Shown here in pieces: positions 26,227-37,082 of a stretch of 64,000 nucleotides of DNA. The stretch is from contig CAXBNX010000010.1 of assembly GCA_963977275.1 (NCBI GenBank), positions 58,962 to 122,961 on the forward strand. Direction: 5' to 3'. The DNA is from an uncultured Haliea sp. Its GTDB lineage: Bacteria > Pseudomonadota > Gammaproteobacteria > Pseudomonadales > Halieaceae. Position numbers and translations under genes: made by a program. Each line of letters begins with the position of its first letter. The stretch's first letter is position 1. Under the pieces are notes generated by a model that saw only the letters and a list, made by a program, of their open reading frames with translations, did no database searches and was not told the origin of the DNA.

Positions 26227-27156
26227 TCAGCTGAGGTGCCGGCTCACGAAGTCCGCGATCGTCTCGTGCAACTCGGCACTGCGAGGCACCACGCCGGACA
26301 TCCAGTAGACGCCGTGAATCAGGCCGTCAAAACGCTTCATGGTGACGGGAACGCCCGCTTTCTCCAGGGCGTGGCCGTAGCTTTCACCCTCATCCCGGAT
26401 CGGGTCGAACTCTGCGGTCATGACCAGCGCGGGTGGCAGCCCCGCCAGGCTTTCCGCCATGATCGGCGAGGCAAGCGGATTACTCGCGTCTTCATCCCGC
26501 GCCAGGTATTGTTCCCAGAACCAGGCAATCCCCGCGGTGGTGAGCAGATAACCCTCGCGGTTCTCCTCCCGTGACGCGAAGTTACCATGACGTTGGATTA
26601 CCGGGTAGGTGAGGATTTGGGCTTTGACGGCTGGGGTACCGCGGTCGCGCGCCATCAGCGCAGCGACAGCTGCGAGATTGCCGCCGGCGCTGTCGCCGAT
26701 CACACCGAGGCGCGCGGGGTCACCGCCAAATTCCGCAGCATGTGCGCTGGCCCAGCAAAGAACAGCGTAAACGTCGTTTGTTGCAGCGGGAAATTTCGCT
26801 TCTGGCGACAGGCGGTAGGTCGCCGCCACTACGATTGCGCCATTGCGATTGGCCAGCGCACGGCAGGGCTCGTCGGCCACCGCGAGACTGCCGCCAACCC
26901 AGCCGCCGCCATGGTAGTACACCAGTACTGGCAGTGGTCCCGCCACATCGGGCACATAGACACGCACCTGTAGCGGCCCGCCTTCGCTTTCGACCGATTG
27001 CTCGATGACCTGCTTGACCTCTTGTGGCTCGGCTTGAAGCCCGACGAAGGTTTCGACGGCCCCGCGCGCTTCTTCAACGCTCAACTGTTCAAAGGACTTG
27101 AGTCCCTGCTCCTGGAGTGCTTTCAGCAGGCCTTCTGTATGGGGGTCGAGTGGCAT
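26227..27156 (-). CDS. Alpha/beta-hydrolase fold-3 esterase/lipase (HSL family)
   Basis: Has the HGGGW oxyanion motif and the GDSAGGN nucleophile elbow. AGGAG RBS is present. Confidence 0.9.
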   Translation of the reverse strand: MPLDPHTEGLLKALQEQGLKSFEQLSVEEARGAVETFVGLQAEPQEVKQVIEQSVESEGGPLQVRVYVPDVAGPLPVLVYYHGGGWVGGSLAVADEPCRALANRNGAIVVAATYRLSPEAKFPAATNDVYAVLCWASAHAAEFGGDPARLGVIGDSAGGNLAAVAALMARDRGTPAVKAQILTYPVIQRHGNFASREENREGYLLTTAGIAWFWEQYLARDEDASNPLASPIMAESLAGLPPALVMTAEFDPIRDEGESYGHALEKAGVPVTMKRFDGLIHGVYWMSGVVPRSAELHETIADFVSRHLS

Positions 27157-27340
27157 TTTTAATATCTCCTTTTATTAGTAGTGATCGTTGACTGAAAGAT
27201 AGGCTAAATATTGCCATCGGTCAATACCGCTTCAATGACTTCGTCCTGAATCTGTTTCAGTTGGATTGTCGTTCTGAGGAATGCCAGGGCTATCGACGTT
27301 GTTGCCGATTTCCCTCATGCCTGCGAAGACCGGTAAAGAT

Positions 27341-28645
27341 TCAGGCAGACTGCGGCGCACTCATCTTCGCTATGCAATTCAAGGTTTCTGCCTGATACAT
27401 TTTTCCCCGTTCATTGAGAAAATCGAGCACATGCAGCGACGTGGGTACGAACCCAAAGCCAATATCCAGCTCGGGATGCCACTGAAAAATGGAGCCGCCT
27501 AGCCCCATCCACCCGAAGAAGCCTTCTCTGCCCTCATTGAAGGCACGTTCAGCCGGGGTGCTGTCCGGTGTGCAGGCTGTGAAACTGTCCACGCCGCCCT
27601 GAGTAAAGCGCGTGGTTAGTAGCGCGCCCATATCGGCTTTCACGGGGTTCTCATGCATGGCCTTCCAGGCTTGGTCGCTCAAATATTCGGTGCCCTCCGA
27701 TCGACCGCCGGCCGACATCATGGCCGCTATCTTCGCCAGGCCCCTGGCGGAACACTTGGCATTGGCTGAAGGCGTCTCGCCTCTGTCAAAGCCCGCATTA
27801 TTGAAGAACCCCATAATGCCCATCCCCACGAAAGGGGGTGGGATTCCAGCCTTTCTTCCCTTGATCAAGGACGGCATAACCCGCATGAGTTTGCCCAGGA
27901 TCTGGAAAATGTTGTGTACGATGCGCCTGCCGAGAAACCGGGGCTTGAGGCTCTGCAGGAGCTGATAACCGAAACCCAACGCACGAACTTTGGAGACTCG
28001 CTCCAATTCCTGATCATTGACACCTACCACGGCGTCGACGTTCAGTGGCTGACTGATGTCCTCGCGCAGAAATTCGCCGATGGTGCGGCCCGCAGGATCT
28101 ACCCTCCGAAAAACCTCATTGACGATCCAACCCCGGGTGAGGGCGTGATATTCCCGTTTTCCGCCACTAGTGCCAAAGCGTGACGCATGTCCTTCAATAA
28201 TGCGGCCCACAGCATTTTTTTTGATATTCGCTGTAAATAGATCTTCCATATCGAGCGACGTATCAAAATTGGCAAGCCCCGCTTCGTGCCTCATGAGGTC
28301 GGCAACGGTCAGCCCGTCTTTGCCATTGGCACCAAATTCTGGCCAATATTGCGTAATCCTGGCATCGTAGCTCAGCAAGCCTTTGCTCACGAGTGAGGCA
28401 ATAGCAATAGCCTCAAGGCTTTTCCCACTGCTGAAGACGTTGACCAGTGAGTCCGCTGAAAAATTGCTGTCACCGATTGCCGACGCCCACAAATCCACCA
28501 CCTTTTCGCCACGATAGTACACGCAGAGCTGGGTGTTCTGCTCCGCCATCGTGTTCATCTGGTGCTCGTATAGTTGCCGGATTGACTCAAACCCGGGCGC
28601 AACTATGCCATTGATCTGGATGTGCTTCGCTGTGCTGAGACTCAT
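27341..28645 (-). CDS. Serine hydrolase (beta-lactamase-related esterase family)
   Basis: Has the S-x-x-K motif SSGKS. Length is 434 aa with a GGAG RBS. Confidence 0.8.
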   Translation of the reverse strand: MSLSTAKHIQINGIVAPGFESIRQLYEHQMNTMAEQNTQLCVYYRGEKVVDLWASAIGDSNFSADSLVNVFSSGKSLEAIAIASLVSKGLLSYDARITQYWPEFGANGKDGLTVADLMRHEAGLANFDTSLDMEDLFTANIKKNAVGRIIEGHASRFGTSGGKREYHALTRGWIVNEVFRRVDPAGRTIGEFLREDISQPLNVDAVVGVNDQELERVSKVRALGFGYQLLQSLKPRFLGRRIVHNIFQILGKLMRVMPSLIKGRKAGIPPPFVGMGIMGFFNNAGFDRGETPSANAKCSARGLAKIAAMMSAGGRSEGTEYLSDQAWKAMHENPVKADMGALLTTRFTQGGVDSFTACTPDSTPAERAFNEGREGFFGWMGLGGSIFQWHPELDIGFGFVPTSLHVLDFLNERGKMYQAETLNCIAKMSAPQSA

Positions 28646-28966
28646 CTATTGCTCCACTGAATATTGGTCCGTTTTGCGCGGGAGAGTTGTAATACAGGAT
28701 GACCAGCCCGCTGCTTCAGCACTGAACTATACCCTGTCTTCCGATGTGATACCCCGATAACTGTTCCCCCGAGCGCCCGGCGATGTTGGCTACTCAGCCC
28801 AACTTCGTCGGAATTCGAGAGGTGTTTTCAGTGTGTGAACAAGCTACCGGGGCGTGGAAATATTCATTGTAGAGTAAGTGATACTCAGGTTCAGGACGCT
28901 GCAAACCTGGCTTGAATCAACCGGGCGCTGGTTCCGCCCGGTACTCCAGTAGTAAACGATACGGGA

Positions 28967-30547
28967 TCAATTGCTGGGCGAGTTCTTCTGCAACATTTCC
29001 AGAACCTTGTTGAGGTTAAAGCTACCCGCCTCCTGGCGCGGTGGGAACTCCTTGTAGGTCTCCAGGTGCTGTGCAACGTAGCCTACCGCCGGCAAAATCA
29101 GGTAAGCGCGGTCGAAACGCCACATGTCATAGGGAGAGGCCTCTACATCGGCCCGCTCAAACGGGTCGCCGCGCAGGTCGAACAGTTTCGGTAAGCGCAG
29201 TACGACCATGGGGTCCTGCCATACGTTGAAGCCGTGTGCCCGCTGCTCCATGAAAACCATCTTCCAGCGGCCATAGCGCAGATTCGCAAGCTGACCGTCA
29301 TCAGTCCAGTAGAAGAACTCCTGGCGTGGCCCCTCTTTAACGTCACCGTTGAAGTAGGGCATCATGTTGTAGCCGTCCAGGTGAACCTTGTAATTGCGAC
29401 CAATCGCGCGGTGCCCTTTGAGCAGTTTTTCCTTAATGTCCGGTTCTCCGGCCGCCGCCATCAAGGTGGGCAGCATGTCTTCGTGCGAGAACACGTCGTT
29501 ATAGACGGTTCCTGGCTTGATCACACCGGGCCACTTGATCATGGTAGGAACCCGATACCCGCCTTCCCAGTTGGTGTTCTTTTCGTTGCGGAAGGGCGAC
29601 ATGCCGCCGTCCGGCCAGGTAAACATCTCAGCGCCATTGTCGGTTGAGTACATGATAATAGTGTTGTCTTCGATACCAAGCGCATCGACTTTCGCCAGCA
29701 GCTCACCGACGTGCTTGTCGTGCTCGGCCATGCCATCTGCATATATCCCAAGCCCGGTAACCCCTTCGGATTCCGGCTTCAGGTGAGTGTTGACATGCAT
29801 GCGGCTAGAGTTCCACCAGAGGAAGAAAGGCTTGTTCGCCTTCACCGCTCGCTCCATGAAATTGATAGCGCCAGCAGTCACTTCCTCATCCACTGTTTCC
29901 ATACGTTTTCTGGACAGCGGCCCTGTGTCCTCGATTTTGCCGTCCGCGTTTGACTTGATGACACCGCGAGGGCCGAATTTCTTGGCGAAAGCAGCGCCCT
30001 TGGGATAGTCCGGGCTTTCGGGCTCTTCCTCGGCGTTGAGGTGATACAAGTTGCCGAAGAACTCATCGAAACCGTGGTTGGTGGGCAGATGTATGTCCAG
30101 GTCGCCCAGGTGGTTCTTGCCATACTGCGCCGTCATGTAGCCATGATTCTTCAGCAGCCCTGCCAGCGTGGGATCCTTTTCAGATATACCTTCCTTTGCG
30201 CCTGGCAGGCCAACTTTCAGCAGGCCTGTGCGAAACGGACTCTGACCAGTGATAAAGGCGGAGCGTCCTGCAGTACAGCTTTGGCCCCCATACCAGTCGG
30301 TAAAAATGGCACCCTCGGACGCAATACTATCGATATTGGGGGTTCGGTATCCCATCATGCCGCGGTTGTAAGCGCTGGTATTGAACCAGCCGATATCGTC
30401 GCCCCACAGGACGAGAATATTGGGCTTGTCCTGAGCCTGGGCGAGGCTGGCCGCAAAGAGGCTGAATAGCAGGGGTAGCCCGAGTATCCGCCCAATACGC
30501 GCTGTTGCACGTCTATTAGTCAAAAAGTGCTTTATTCTTACGAACAT
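28967..30547 (-). CDS. Arylsulfatase (secreted)
   Basis: Has a signal peptide (...LAQAQD), the sulfatase N-terminus NILVLWGDDIGW and the formylglycine motif CTAGRSAFITG. Confidence 0.9.
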   Translation of the reverse strand: MFVRIKHFLTNRRATARIGRILGLPLLFSLFAASLAQAQDKPNILVLWGDDIGWFNTSAYNRGMMGYRTPNIDSIASEGAIFTDWYGGQSCTAGRSAFITGQSPFRTGLLKVGLPGAKEGISEKDPTLAGLLKNHGYMTAQYGKNHLGDLDIHLPTNHGFDEFFGNLYHLNAEEEPESPDYPKGAAFAKKFGPRGVIKSNADGKIEDTGPLSRKRMETVDEEVTAGAINFMERAVKANKPFFLWWNSSRMHVNTHLKPESEGVTGLGIYADGMAEHDKHVGELLAKVDALGIEDNTIIMYSTDNGAEMFTWPDGGMSPFRNEKNTNWEGGYRVPTMIKWPGVIKPGTVYNDVFSHEDMLPTLMAAAGEPDIKEKLLKGHRAIGRNYKVHLDGYNMMPYFNGDVKEGPRQEFFYWTDDGQLANLRYGRWKMVFMEQRAHGFNVWQDPMVVLRLPKLFDLRGDPFERADVEASPYDMWRFDRAYLILPAVGYVAQHLETYKEFPPRQEAGSFNLNKVLEMLQKNSPSN

Positions 30548-30744
30548 GTACTGAGCTCCTGCTTATTATGTTAATTAGTCTGGAGAGGTTGGCATTGTTA
30601 CGCGCCAGATGGGCACCCGGATCGATTGTAGCCACTTATTATAAACACTAGTTCAGGAACGGACTGTTTGCAAAGGCACTAGATTATGCCGTTGTCGCTT
30701 TCTCCACACGGTTCGCGAAAAAAGCGACAGCCTTCCTCACGGCG

Positions 30745-32451
30745 TTATTTCACCGGTTCGACTTCACTCGGCCGCCAGGTCTTGGTAAAGAAAGGCTCCA
30801 GCGGGCTGTACAGGCGCAGGAGCATGTTCCAGCCCTTGCCTGGAGTTGTCTGTATCCAGTTCCCGGCCGCCGCGTCGGCGGGCTTTTCCGGGCCGAAGAA
30901 AACGGTTGTCGAACCGTCGCGGCTGGTAACAGCGGCGGGGCCTGGATAGTTCTGACTCCCCGCGCGGGGATAAAGCTGCGGTGTCGCCAGCATAGAGCGG
31001 GTCTGGTTGTCATAGGCGGTAATCGACCAGAACTTCTCCTCGGGGATGCCTTTGGGCAAGGTCACCTTGTAGGTCTTGCCGCCGTCAAAGTAGTCACCGT
31101 TCGAATCGAAGAAGGCGCCGAGGTATTGTGAGCCGATCCCTGTCAGACGCATGATCATCGCCGGTGTAATACCTGTGGCGTAGTAGAACATCGCGGTGCG
31201 TGCGTTCAGCTTGCGCGCGCCGGTGGTCGGATTAACCGTGATCGTCCCGTCGGCGCTGACCTCGGGGGGTGGTGCGTCAAAATCATAGCCGCCAACGAAG
31301 AGCATGTTCATCCACGCGGAGTCGGGGTAGTAGTAGAAGCCCTCAGAATCCCGTGGCCGCCAGTTCAGTGTTCTGCTCACGGCTGTGCCGATGGCCGCGG
31401 CATCGATCAGGATGTCCTTCATGCGCGCGTCGGGTTTGAAGGGCTTCCCTTTTGCTATACCGATCGCAGCGAGTGAGCCCATGATCTCGGGGTCGAGAGC
31501 ATCGGTTGGCTCCTGCTGGACGAGCTCATTGAGCAACTCGTAATAGCTGAAATCGCTGGGTGGTATCGTGTTGATGACCTTGCCGGTGCCCTCGATGAAC
31601 GTGGCTGGAGGCTCGGGCCGCAGGAATGCCCAGTCGAGCTTGTTGTCTTTCGAACGTGCCAGGGTCGCCTTGCCCTCCAGCGCAGAGGCGATGCTGGTGC
31701 CTAGCCCGCCGGGCAGGTAGGGGTAGATCTTGAGTGTCTTCCTGATCAGCTCGACGGTGGGCTTGGGATCTTCATTCGCCAGAAATGAGCGCCCCAGAAC
31801 CATCGCGCGGTTTGTGCGAACTTTGCGTACGATGTAGCCGTATGTGGGCAGCTCCCCCTTGTATCCCGGTGGCACCAGCAGATATTTCCCGCCCTCGCCG
31901 CGGTCCGGTCCCGGGAAACCGAAGTCGGTCACCCAGCGGAACCACATATCGTCGATGACACCCAGGGACTGTGGCGGGGTTTCGATCACCAGTGGCCCCT
32001 CCGTGAACTCCAGGTTTACCCAGAAGTAGATGACATCTGCATTGGCTGTCAGAAAGAGCGACTTCGAGTCCATCAGATCGGAGAAAATGAGGGCGGTGTT
32101 GTTGGGGATGCCCGCTTCCTTCATACCCTTGAAAATGGACATGGTTGATGCGCCGCGGTACGCGTTCACGAAGGACTCGACGGCATGCATTCGGTCGAGG
32201 TAATCGTAAGCCCTGGCGGCCGTTTCCGCGCTGGGCGCGCCGTCTGTGAACTCCAGTGTGCCCAGGGAGGAGGGGAGCTGGTCAGGGGTCGGTATGGCCT
32301 TGAGTCTATCCGGGGCAGTTTGCGCCAGGGCAGGGTTCATCGCCATGGCGAGTAGTGCCGGTCCGCAGACGAGACGGCCCAGGGCCAGTAGGGTGCGCCT
32401 TGTCTGTCCGCAGGTTTTGTCTGCGCCAGTATTCCTTATATATCCCATCAT
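30745..32451 (-). CDS. Secreted DUF1254/DUF1214-domain protein
   Basis: Has a signal peptide (...NPALAQ). The size and overall sequence resemble the DUF1254+DUF1214 fusion family. Recognition is from memory only. Confidence 0.55.
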   Translation of the reverse strand: MMGYIRNTGADKTCGQTRRTLLALGRLVCGPALLAMAMNPALAQTAPDRLKAIPTPDQLPSSLGTLEFTDGAPSAETAARAYDYLDRMHAVESFVNAYRGASTMSIFKGMKEAGIPNNTALIFSDLMDSKSLFLTANADVIYFWVNLEFTEGPLVIETPPQSLGVIDDMWFRWVTDFGFPGPDRGEGGKYLLVPPGYKGELPTYGYIVRKVRTNRAMVLGRSFLANEDPKPTVELIRKTLKIYPYLPGGLGTSIASALEGKATLARSKDNKLDWAFLRPEPPATFIEGTGKVINTIPPSDFSYYELLNELVQQEPTDALDPEIMGSLAAIGIAKGKPFKPDARMKDILIDAAAIGTAVSRTLNWRPRDSEGFYYYPDSAWMNMLFVGGYDFDAPPPEVSADGTITVNPTTGARKLNARTAMFYYATGITPAMIMRLTGIGSQYLGAFFDSNGDYFDGGKTYKVTLPKGIPEEKFWSITAYDNQTRSMLATPQLYPRAGSQNYPGPAAVTSRDGSTTVFFGPEKPADAAAGNWIQTTPGKGWNMLLRLYSPLEPFFTKTWRPSEVEPVK

Positions 32452-32891
32452 ATGTCACCCTTACTTGTTGAAGATGTACGACCTGAAACCCTGTCGGAAG
32501 AATAGCAGTAGCGGGCAGGATTTCACAATTGGGAAGTGTCGGTTTACTTGTTCCGTTTTTGTCGGGCGGGCAGTTCAACCGCCCTGATCGGCTCCAGTGC
32601 GGTGTCGATAGCCTGGTCAAGCAGAGCTTTTTTGGGCTCCAGTCGTGCCCGGGTGGAATCCTGTCTATTGACGGATGGATCAGAAATGTTCAGTCCCACT
32701 ATGAGGGAAACCCATTTCTGATGTCTGAAGATACTATCGTGCGAGATATTCCATGAACTCGAGTAATGGCAATGAGGCTGATTACGACGTAGTGGTCACC
32801 GCATCAGTGCCAGCAGTGGTAGAGTCCTATCTGCTGTTTTTTCTTTTTAACAACATACAATGAATTCAAACAATTACGGAGAGTCACGAAT

Positions 32892-33581
32892 ATGATTGAT
32901 CTATACACCGCAGCAACGCCCAACGGCCATAAAGTATCCTGTACGTTGGAAGCCCTTGGGTTGGAGTACACCGTGCATGCGATTGATCTTGGTAAGAATG
33001 AGCAGAAAGATCCCGCATTTCTGGCACTCAACCCGAATGGCCGTATACCCGCAATAGTCGATCGCTCCAACGGTGACTTCAGCTTGTTTGAGTCAGGGGC
33101 GATTATGATTTATCTGGCAGAGAAAACCGGAAAACTGTTACCCGTCGACCAGAAAGGCCGTGCACTGGTAATCCAATGGTTGATGTTTCAAATGGGCGGT
33201 ATTGGCCCGATGATGGGTCAAGCCAATGTGTTTTATCGATACTTTCCAGAGAAGATCCAACCGGCTATTGATCGCTATCAAAACGAATGCCGTCGTCTAT
33301 TCGAAGTATTGAATACGCGATTATCCGACAGCACCTGGTTGGCTGGTGATTACTCCATCGCTGACATCGCAAACTGGTGCTGGGTACGCACGCACACATG
33401 GTCCGGGGTCCCCACGTCAGGCCTGGATCATCTGCAGCGCTGGATGGCGCAGATGGATCAGCAGCCCGGCATGATGGCTGGAGTTGCTATTCCCTATAGT
33501 CTCGACAAGTTATTGCTGGGAGATAGTGAAGAAGAGAAGGAGAATTTCTTGAGTAGCGCACGGGAAATGTTACAAAAGTAA
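32892..33581 (+). CDS. Glutathione S-transferase (YfcG/YghU-like)
   Basis: Has the N-terminus [16 protein letters not shown]...[12 protein letters not shown]...[12 protein letters not shown]. Confidence 0.85.
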   Translation: MIDLYTAATPNGHKVSCTLEALGLEYTVHAIDLGKNEQKDPAFLALNPNGRIPAIVDRSNGDFSLFESGAIMIYLAEKTGKLLPVDQKGRALVIQWLMFQMGGIGPMMGQANVFYRYFPEKIQPAIDRYQNECRRLFEVLNTRLSDSTWLAGDYSIADIANWCWVRTHTWSGVPTSGLDHLQRWMAQMDQQPGMMAGVAIPYSLDKLLLGDSEEEKENFLSSAREMLQK

Positions 33582-33729
33582 TCGAGTAGAACCCCTCTCA
33601 TCCGTATTATATGGAGAAAGCTGTTCCTACCATAGGCTTTTGGGTGTTACCGGTACTGGAGACCGCGCAGGAAGATATCATTCAGCCTAGCGCCGGTTGT
33701 TGTGAGTCCTTGAGCTTCTCTGGGGACAA

Positions 33730-34452
33730 CTACCAGGTTTCCTTGAAAGGACGTACATCCAGCTCAAATGTCCAGGTATTCCTTGGTTGGGTGTGCATGA
33801 ACCAGAAAGCCTCTGCTATCGCTTCAGGCTCAAGAGAGCCGTCTTCGCCGAGTTGATCCAGGTAGTCACCAAAGCGTGTTCGTATCATTTCACCGTTTAT
33901 GACGCCATCGACCACAACGTGGCCGACGTGTACGCCCTTGGGACCATAGTCCTTTGCCAGCGCCTGGGCCAAATTGCGCAACCCGGCTTTTGCCGCACCG
34001 AAGTGTGCGAAGCCCGGTCGGCCGCGCATTGAGGCGGAGGCGCCGGTAAAAAGCAGGGAACCACCGTTAAGCAGTAAAGTCGGTAATGCCGCCTTGGCCG
34101 TTAGAAATCCGGCCAGTGTGCATGTACGCCAGAAAGTTTCGAACGTTTGCTCCGTCAGATCCTCAAACGCCATCGGCTGGTTGTTACCGACGTTGAAAAT
34201 AACCGCTTTTACAGTGCCCAGGCTGTTGGCGTTGGCCATCAGTTTCTCCAGGGCTGAGGCGTCGGTTGCGTCACTAACGCAAAGTGAGGCTTCACCTCCT
34301 CGGGCCTTAATGTCTTCGACAACAGCGGTCAGTCGTTGCGCCCTGCGCCCTGCAACTACAGCGTGCATACCGGCGGCAGAAAATCTCCGGGCAATAGCAG
34401 CCCCCAATCCATTGGTGGCGCTTACTCCAACTACGATGGCAATGTCGGTCAT
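33730..34452 (-). CDS. SDR-family oxidoreductase
   Basis: Sequence MTDIAIVVGVSATNGLGAAIARRF... fits the family. GGGAG RBS is present. Start moved to ATG 34452. Confidence 0.8.
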   Translation of the reverse strand: MTDIAIVVGVSATNGLGAAIARRFSAAGMHAVVAGRRAQRLTAVVEDIKARGGEASLCVSDATDASALEKLMANANSLGTVKAVIFNVGNNQPMAFEDLTEQTFETFWRTCTLAGFLTAKAALPTLLLNGGSLLFTGASASMRGRPGFAHFGAAKAGLRNLAQALAKDYGPKGVHVGHVVVDGVINGEMIRTRFGDYLDQLGEDGSLEPEAIAEAFWFMHTQPRNTWTFELDVRPFKETW

Positions 34453-34541
34453 GTCTTCTGCTCCCTGTGTGAGTGGTCGATGCTTGATGCGGTGCTTATG
34501 TCCCCGCCGGCCAGTGAGGCCGTAGTGACTTTGATACAGCT

Positions 34542-35312
34542 TCAGCCATGGTTCCACCAGGCCGTATCGGAATATGCCCTGAGGTCCAACTCATGGGTCC
34601 ATACAGAGCGGTGCTGCTTTGCCACGTGAAAGTAGGTCTCTGCAATCTTCTCCGGTAGCATCAGCCCGTCATGTGCACCACCTTTGGTCTCCCGGAGTTC
34701 CTGAAATAGTTCTTCCCCAAGCATCTTGCCGAGTGTGTCGGGCGCATCAACGGAACCGTCCACGACAATATGAGCAACATGAATTCCCTTGGGTGCGAAC
34801 TCTGCATTAAGCGTCTGGCACAGCATGCGTCGGCCACCCATCGCGGCTGCGTGAGAATGCTGCCCTTTGTTGCCCCGCATTGCTGACGTGGCCGATGTCA
34901 CGAGTATCGTACCGTGGCCGCGTGCCTCCATTCGGGGAGTGAGTGCAAAGGCGAGGCGGTACAGACCGAATGTTCCCATCCGCCAGCCTCTTTCAAACAC
35001 TTTGGCGGATGTATCCGCCAGGGAGTGATCTCCTATCTGCGCGCCAAGGTTATAGAGGACCACGTCGATCTGACCGATATTGTCTTCAACCTCGGCTACC
35101 AGAGTTTCAATGGCGCCGTCTTCGATCGCGTTGAGTAGCTGGCCCGTAGCCGAGCCACCGGCCACATTTATTTGCTCAACCAGGCGATTCAGGCCTGCTT
35201 CATCGCTGCGACGGCATAAATGCGCATGATAGCCCTCAAGTGCAAACTTCTTGGCGACATTTCCGCCAATCCCGGCTCCTGCGCCGATAATGAGACACAC
35301 GGGTTTAGTCAT
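34542..35312 (-). CDS. SDR-family oxidoreductase
   Basis: Has the cofactor motif IIGAGAGIGGNVAKKF. Length is 256 aa. Confidence 0.8.
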   Translation of the reverse strand: MTKPVCLIIGAGAGIGGNVAKKFALEGYHAHLCRRSDEAGLNRLVEQINVAGGSATGQLLNAIEDGAIETLVAEVEDNIGQIDVVLYNLGAQIGDHSLADTSAKVFERGWRMGTFGLYRLAFALTPRMEARGHGTILVTSATSAMRGNKGQHSHAAAMGGRRMLCQTLNAEFAPKGIHVAHIVVDGSVDAPDTLGKMLGEELFQELRETKGGAHDGLMLPEKIAETYFHVAKQHRSVWTHELDLRAYSDTAWWNHG

Positions 35313-35343
35313 GAGGTTTACCTTTAAGCGTTGGTGTTGGACT

Positions 35344-35925
35344 TCAGGCTATCAGCTGCTTGGCTTCATCGGCAATCGTCTGAAGAGCGGTCGCGGTGTA
35401 CGGGCCGCGGCCGAGCACACGAATTGCGAGGGCAAGCGCCAGCAGTGTCTTGGCTTTCGATTCCGGGTCGATATCCTGGGGCATATCGCCGCGCGCCTGT
35501 CCCACTTCGATGCTGCGCCTGAAGAAGCCTTCAATTTCCCGCAAGCCGTTGGCGACAATTTCATTGACCTGCGCATCGTGAGTGCCACTGTCCAGGACGG
35601 TATTGAACAAAAAGCATCCCTTGCGTTCGTTATCCACCAGGGTGCTGGTGACGATGTTATCGAAAAATTCACCTACGGCCCGCTTTGGATCGTCCAGGGC
35701 TTCAAGCCGTGCCAGGGTGGCCTGTCGATTCTCCCGGTCATACTTCAGCAGTGCCTTTACAAACAGCGAGTGCTTGCCACCAAAGGCGTTGTAGAGGCTG
35801 CCTCGGTTGATTCCTGTGTGCTCAATGAGGTCGGCTATCGATGCGGAGTCAAAACCCTTACTCCAAAACACCTGCATGGCTTTATCCAGAGCAACGTCTT
35901 CATCAAAGGATTTTTCCCAGGGCAT
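35344..35925 (-). CDS. TetR/AcrR-family transcriptional regulator
   Basis: Has an N-terminal TetR HTH (FWSKGFDSASIADLIEHTGINRGSLYNAFG). Confidence 0.9.
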   Translation of the reverse strand: MPWEKSFDEDVALDKAMQVFWSKGFDSASIADLIEHTGINRGSLYNAFGGKHSLFVKALLKYDRENRQATLARLEALDDPKRAVGEFFDNIVTSTLVDNERKGCFLFNTVLDSGTHDAQVNEIVANGLREIEGFFRRSIEVGQARGDMPQDIDPESKAKTLLALALAIRVLGRGPYTATALQTIADEAKQLIA

Positions 35926-35966
35926 ATTTTTCGGCTCTCATCTAACTACATTGGCAATTTATAGCA

Positions 35967-35988
35967 TGTTTATACCGTGTGATACAAA
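35967..35988. promoter_or_regulatory. Candidate TetR operator (copy A)
   Basis: TGTTTATACCGTGTGATACAAA lies 42 nt upstream of the TetR start. It is 19/22 identical to copy B. Confidence 0.5.
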
Positions 35989-36164
35989 AAGTGATCATGC
36001 TGACTGCACCCTATGGCTAGTAGCTTATTTGAGTGCACAGAGAGCAATATACCAGATGGTATAGACAGCCGCCCAATGAGGGTCAATGCTCCGTGTTTTC
36101 GTGGACCAGAGCAGTGCTAGTCCACGCTTCATCGAATGACACGTTTCAGGGCGGCTTTCAGAAC

Positions 36165-36815
36165 CTACCCTTTGTGTGCTTTCAGTTTTTCAATAACATC
36201 TTTCGGGTCTTGTCGCAGGGTGTAGTCTACGTTCACGTAGCTGCTGATCACTGTGCCATCAACGTCAACAATAAAGGTGGCCGCGAGCGGGAAATCAAAT
36301 TGCCCTTTGCCGTTGTGTTCTTCAACTGCAATGCCGAATTTCTCGTATATAGGGCGGGTGGCTTCTGGCAAAGTGAAAACAAGACCCAGTGAACGGGCGT
36401 AGTCCGCGTTAGTGTCTGTCAAAACTTCGAAAGTGAGTTCATTTTTCTGTTTCGTTGACAGGGAAGCATCTGGTAGTTCCGGTGTGATTGCCACAAGAGT
36501 GGCACCAGTGGCCTGTATTTCCTCTAGAACGGCCTGGTATGCACGCAGTTCGAGATTGCAATAGGGGCACCAGCCACCACGGTAGAAGGTAATGACTACC
36601 GGCCCTTTTGCTCTGAGGGACGCCAGGTTCCGCTCCTCGCCGAGGTGGTTGATCAAAACGAAGTCTTTAAGTTGATCGCCTTCTTTCGGTGCGCGATCAA
36701 CCATGCCGGATTGTCCAAGATCATCGAGGTCGCCCAGCAGGCGATTTTTAACATCTTCTGGAAAGCTGGCAAGGCTTTGCGCTTTCTGAGTGGCTAGCTG
36801 TTCGGTAAGTGACAT
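36165..36815 (-). CDS. Peroxiredoxin-like (AhpC/TSA, thioredoxin-fold) protein
   Basis: Has the GGWCPYCN active-site motif. A strong AGGAGA RBS precedes ATG 36815. Confidence 0.8.
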   Translation of the reverse strand: MSLTEQLATQKAQSLASFPEDVKNRLLGDLDDLGQSGMVDRAPKEGDQLKDFVLINHLGEERNLASLRAKGPVVITFYRGGWCPYCNLELRAYQAVLEEIQATGATLVAITPELPDASLSTKQKNELTFEVLTDTNADYARSLGLVFTLPEATRPIYEKFGIAVEEHNGKGQFDFPLAATFIVDVDGTVISSYVNVDYTLRQDPKDVIEKLKAHKG

Positions 36816-36914
36816 AATTTTCTCCTGGTGGTTTGGTAGTGTGCTCATTGCCGCGATTTTGAAGGCGAGCCTCCACTATCGCCTGCATATGAGGGTAGTG
36901 ATGCCGCAAAAATG

Positions 36915-36936
36915 TGTTTATACCATATGATATAAA
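36915..36936. promoter_or_regulatory. Candidate TetR operator (copy B)
   Basis: TGTTTATACCATATGATATAAA is a near-palindrome (GTTTATAcCA-TA-TGaTATAAAC). It lies 100 nt upstream of the peroxiredoxin-like gene. Confidence 0.5.
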
Positions 36937-37082
36937 CAATGACTATGCCGCGGCGATAATTGATTGAAATATGTTCGCATTATCAAAAATAAGGGAGCAG
37001 AGAGGTTGTCTAAAGCGTTAAATGTTAGGTAAAAAGAAAGAATAGGGGATTCATTGTCCGCAGAATTTGCGAGAAAGTATTA

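Noticed and set aside
30250-30290. The arylsulfatase formylglycine motif reads C-T-A-G-R, with Ala instead of Pro, and no FGE or anSME maturase gene is nearby.
   Set aside because: Ala at this position is within the accepted C/S-x-P/A-x-R consensus, and maturase genes are often unlinked. It is not unusual enough to report.
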